From contig CDMY01000488.1 of NCBI GenBank assembly GCA_001179505.1, forward strand, positions 124,001 to 188,000: a DNA stretch of 64,000 nt. The letters are read 5' to 3'. The translations under genes and the position numbers were made by a program. This document shows, one piece after another, positions 59,860 through 64,000 of this stretch (position 1 is the first letter of the stretch; the number at the start of each line of letters is the position of its first letter). The notes beneath the pieces are model-generated. The model made no database searches. It was not told the DNA's origin and saw nothing but the letters and a program-made list of their open reading frames with translations. Source of the stretch: Vitrella brassicaformis CCMP3155. Lineage: Eukaryota > Protista > Chromerida.

Positions 59860-61808
59860 TCACGCGCTCGTGGCACCGCCGCCATGAACATGCCATACCT
59901 CGATTTCCTTGGCCGTCAAATGCCAGTCCGCCGCCAGTGTGCCGTTGCCATTGGAGTTGAATTGGCCGAGGTAGCCGTCGGGCAGGTCGTCCCTCGCCAC
60001 CCACTGATGCATGCTGCGCACGTCATCTGCCGGGCCCGGGCTGGCCCAGGCCAACCACAGATACCCACGGCCAATGCTCATCTGCACGCAGACATGTGAC
60101 AATCAGTCAGTTGGTTCAGTGCCATTCACTGCACTGACACCAAGTGCGTATACCTCCACCGACCTTGCCGCGGTAGTCCATATTGTTGGCATTGAGGGAG
60201 GCGTGGCGGCCGGCGACCTCGACCACCTGTTGAGCCTCGGGGATGGGTATCTTGGTGATCTTGGGGTATGCACCGCTGATGGAAATGAGGAACTGCTGCA
60301 CCTTGTAGTTGCCGCTGGTCTGGTCTGTGTCGGCGGGCGGCTTGAGTTGGCCGTCGACGAAGGCGCCGAATCGGTGTGTGTCGTTGTGGTTGATGAGGAA
60401 CATCAGACCGCTGGCGTCGCCCACCTTGTCGAGCAGCGTGTCCCAGTCGCCACCGTCTCGGCTAGACCTGACAAACCAGCGAGAAGCCGCTTCCATTCGA
60501 CGCCATGGAGCGTTCGTGAGTGCCCTGCTCACTTGTACAAGAGCGACACGCTGCTTTGTTGCTTTTCTGTGAGGTCCAGCACACTGCCCCACTCTTCTCC
60601 CGACTTGACGATGAAATCGCCGCCAGGTGGCAGATGGCAGATCGGTGCGTAGGCGATGCCATACATCTCCATGTCCTCGATGCACAGCCGTCGCTCGCTG
60701 TCGTCGAGCAGTGGGGGGTGGATGAGTTGTCCCTTGGGCATGGTGGCGATGCGCCTGGCAAACTCCACTGTGGTAATGAAATGCTTGGCGGGGGTCTGTC
60801 GGATGTGTCGGTCCGGCCAGTTCGGCGGGGTGCTGCCGACACAAATGCACAGAGGAATCCATAGCTCGTAATCGCTTCTGTGGCCCCTCCTTACTCGGAG
60901 AATCGCGTGAGCAGCGGATGGTTGGCGCCCAGTCGACACAGCGTGCTCTTCATGATCACCACCTGCCGGCCGAGGATGGTCACACTCAGCAGGGCATTGT
61001 CGCCATCGTCTGGTGTCTTCATGAAGTGCTCCATGGCCGCCAGGAATGCCTTGATGTCCTCTTTGAGCCGCCACAGTGTCTTGAGAGGCTTTGAAAGGGC
61101 ACGCATCCACCGCTCAGCAGCGTCGATGTACTGCTGGGTGGCCTCGTCCAGAGCCGCAGCTGAATCCCATGGCTGGTCGTCTCCAGTGTTGGCCATTACG
61201 GCATCGGGCCTTTTCTGCTGCTGGTATTCTGATGGGGAGAAGACCCCGACCTCGCGCATGAAGAGGGAGTCGTACTCGGCGCATGCGGGGTCGGCTGCCT
61301 TGGATGTGTGGAGGGTCACCGTGTTCGCACGGCCGGTCTCGTAGAGGGTCAGCGCGTCCAGGAAGGCGTCGAAGTAGGCACTGGACACCTCCAGATAGAC
61401 GTGGCCGCTGGAGTCTCTGGGCAGGCCGTCAGCGAAATGCATGAGCAGTACCGAGATGTACCGCTTGCGCATGAGAGGCATCAGCAGGCCTCGGCGGCTC
61501 ACCGGAAAGACCACCCCGCCTGCATTGCACACACGACAACAGGACACATCGGTGCACACATCAACGCACGACTGAGGTCGTCTTGCGTGTGTTGACCTAC
61601 CTGCGTTGACGAGCACCTCGCCTGTGGTCTCGGGAGGCTGCCACACGCCGCCCTTGGCTGCCACTGAAGCCATGATGTCCTCTGCCAGCTGCTTGGCGCC
61701 ATCTCTGGCCCTGGTCTCTTGCTCACGAAGCGCGTCGAGTGATGCGTCGCAGTCGCTGATGAGTCGCGCGACAGATGGGCAGTCTGAAAGCGACGCTGGC
61801 ATCGTCAT
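59860..61808 (-). CDS. BTB/POZ-like + TLDc-like domain protein (paralog 3)
   Basis: ATG at 61808 (MTMPASL); NAGGVVFPVSRRGLL..YISVLLMHFADGLPRDSSGHVYLEVSSAYFDAF; TTVEFARR; RSSRDGGDWDTLLDKVGDASGLMFLINH..FGAF; HLTAKEIEVW; TGA at 59860. Confidence 0.85.
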
Positions 61809-61925
61809 TGTCACCACAGAAGCACAGATCTGCAGAAATTCGCAGGAAGAACTGCTCAAACACCAGGCTTAGCTCGCAGCGATTGCGAGCCGAAAGATCC
61901 ATCGGACAAGCGCCATCTCCGTGTT

Positions 61926-63898
61926 ATGGCGTCGCCAACTTGCGGCATGCACGGCCTCGCCCGCCTTCCGTCAGATCTCTGGGTGCTCAACCTCTCAGGC
62001 ACTCTCACCGACGAGGAGACCATGCGTCTGTCTGTCCTGGACGAGAGCTGCTTCGAGGCCATCTGCTCGTCCACCCTCGTCATCGGCCCGGCCGTCCCTC
62101 GGCTTCGGCGCGTCCTTCTGTGCTCCCATGGGCCGAGAAGATCATCCTCGCAGTCGCCAAGGGCAAGACCAGCCTTGCGGCGGATGTGCTGCAGTTCTTC
62201 ATCGACGCAATGAGGCAGCACGGCGACAAGATCAAGACCATCAAGTCGGTCCAGTCGGCATTTGACGAGAGGTCCAATTACTGGGACGCTGGGAGGGCGG
62301 GCCTGCGGGGCGCGCCGCGGACGTTTCCGGCACTCACCGACATCGACGTGGGGCTCGTGCCTGTGGTGCAGACATTTCTGCATTTCGACTGGAAGACACC
62401 CAACCTCAAGACACTCACGGCCAGGGTGCGCTGGCAGTGGCAGCCACTGCTGGACCTGGCCAGAGGTGGGTGGGTGGGCGGTTTCGAAGACGCGCTGATC
62501 CATCTGGTGGCCCACTCGCCCCTCATCCGCCACATTGGCGCATTCCCTCTGGCCACACGGGTCTTCAGGGCGGCACTCGAGGCACGTGCAGACAGCCTGG
62601 AGGCGATGGGCGACATGGTCTTCATCACACACGATCAGGAGATGGAGGGGGTCGTGGCGGGCCTGCCGAGCGTCCAGCCGCCGGCCACAAGCAAGCGCAT
62701 CGGCATCTTCGACCGGAACCTGGCCTTTGAGTCGACCCTGCCGGCCTCATATAACCCGGCCGGACGGACATTCTTGCAGCTGCTGGTCGAACTGCAAAAT
62801 CGCGGTACACACAGACACACACTACGGATGGAGGGGTGGACCATGATATGGCTGTGTTGTTGTTGCTGCCTTGATGTCAGGTTACTGCGCGCTGCCGAAA
62901 GGGCGGGTTGTCGAGCTCAAGGGGGTCCCAGCATCTGCTGACACGTGCCCCCCAGAGGTGGAGGGCTGCATCCGCGACACCGTCAAGCGCGCCATCTGCC
63001 AGACCGAGACCGTCGTGATGAGCTACGGTGAAGGGTCGCAGCCCTGGGACGACTCCTGGGAGCTCACCGACTCGAGTGGCCGACTGATCGTGTTCGACAA
63101 GACCAAGCATCTCATCATCGAGTGCCTCGACACACTCCGTGGCTACGTCGGTCATGAAGCGGTGAGTAAGGGCAGGGGGATAGACACGCATGCTTCCATC
63201 CATCCATCCATCCATCCATCGTGCATTCCTCTCCCTCTCCCTTGCTATCCGTCCCGTCTTGTATCTAGATTGCCGGTTGGACGGCTGGGGGCTGGACGAG
63301 GGTCGAGGTGCTCACCCTCGAGAGGGTCGAGCTGCAGAGCGTCAAGGACCACGTCTCTTTCCACAGCCACCGGTTCACGGCTGAGGGCATCTACGAGAAG
63401 CCCCTCCCTCCTCAGCTCCCCATGACGCAGCAGCAGGCGGCAGAGCAGGCGGCATACGCAGCTACGGGTGTTCCCACGCCGGTGCGCCCTCCACCTCCCA
63501 CGAACCACTACGTGCTGTCGGACCCCCTGCAGCGGCTGCTCAAGACCATGCACCCACACTCCACACCGTCCGACTCATCGACGTGCCCTGGTGAGTGAGT
63601 GGGTGGGCGCACACCTTGAGTCACCGTGAGACTTGTGTGGGTGTATGTGGCGCATTCATTCAGGTGGGCGGCCTTTGACGCGTTTGTGTGTCTGTCTGAG
63701 GGCACGGTGGCTCAGCCAGGGGAGGGGGGCGACAAGCGTGTGTGTCTGGACGAGCTGGAGGTGCGGACAGAAGTGCAGGACAGCCCCCTGGTGGTGCCTG
63801 AGAAGGGCGGCGCCTTGTGGAGTGCCATGCAAGAGCGCCTCTCGGTCGACCAACTCAGCATGGACGTCAAGACAGAGGTGCGCTGGCTGCACTCATAA
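61926..63898 (+). CDS. Uncharacterised protein with an F-box-like N-terminus (lineage-expanded type); apparent frameshift near 62095
   Basis: ATG at 61926: LARLPSDLWVLNLSGTLTDEETMRLS. It continues in another frame as PWAEKIIL..TFPALTDI..WKTPNLKTL, and later exons lead to TAA at 63898. Confidence 0.6.
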
Positions 63899-64000
63899 TT
63901 AACATTTTCCTCTGCCTTCTTGACCAAGTGTGTCCTTGTACTTTCACTTTTTCGAGCCTCTCACCCGTGGCTTCCCTTCCTACACGCCCGACCACTTTCG

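Noticed and set aside
1-64000. About 12 of 14 loci end in TGA, and the P4H locus has in-frame TAA/TAG, raising the idea of TAA/TAG reassignment
   Set aside because: Long exons (1.46-kb oxidoreductase, 2.6-kb ankyrin block) contain no in-frame TAA/TAG despite many Gln codons. TGA bias is expected at high GC, and the P4H locus also has true frameshifts.
1-64000. tRNA, rRNA, snoRNA, spliced-leader or transposase sequences
   Set aside because: I noticed no cloverleaf, rRNA-like block, dinoflagellate spliced-leader sequence, terminal inverted repeat or transposase/RT motif by eye. tRNAscan-SE, Infernal and RepeatModeler would be needed to exclude them.

Overview
This is an intron-rich, GC-rich eukaryotic window. 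The microsatellite-filled introns, BTB-TLDc family, ankyrin-type family and eukaryotic BCCT transporter suggest a chromerid alveolate such as Vitrella brassicaformis; this is my inference, not a database result. I spliced about 14 gene loci by eye. They include three BTB/POZ-like plus TLDc paralogs, two acidic disordered proteins sharing an unnamed C-terminal domain, a prolyl-4-hydroxylase-like pseudogene, and a CDK-like kinase/ankyrin/TFIIS-N chimera. The rest are a C3H zinc-finger protein, a Cys/His-rich protein, an intronless aldonolactone oxidoreductase, a BCCT transporter with a PLAC8-like tail, an 18-kb PH/C2/TBC/EF-hand/UBL gene, a class-I-GATase-like domain gene and an F-box-like gene. 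There are three 300-N gaps, and I found no supportable RNA genes, CRISPR arrays or transposase ORFs. The best leads are: (1) a P4H gene broken by four separate 4-5 bp tandem duplications whose removal restores the family consensus; (2) the giant TBC protein with both catalytic fingers replaced; (3) the kinase-ankyrin-TFIIS chimera; (4) the new paired C-terminal domain with a shared intron; (5) introns with complementary 5'(AC)n and 3'(GT)n tracts.
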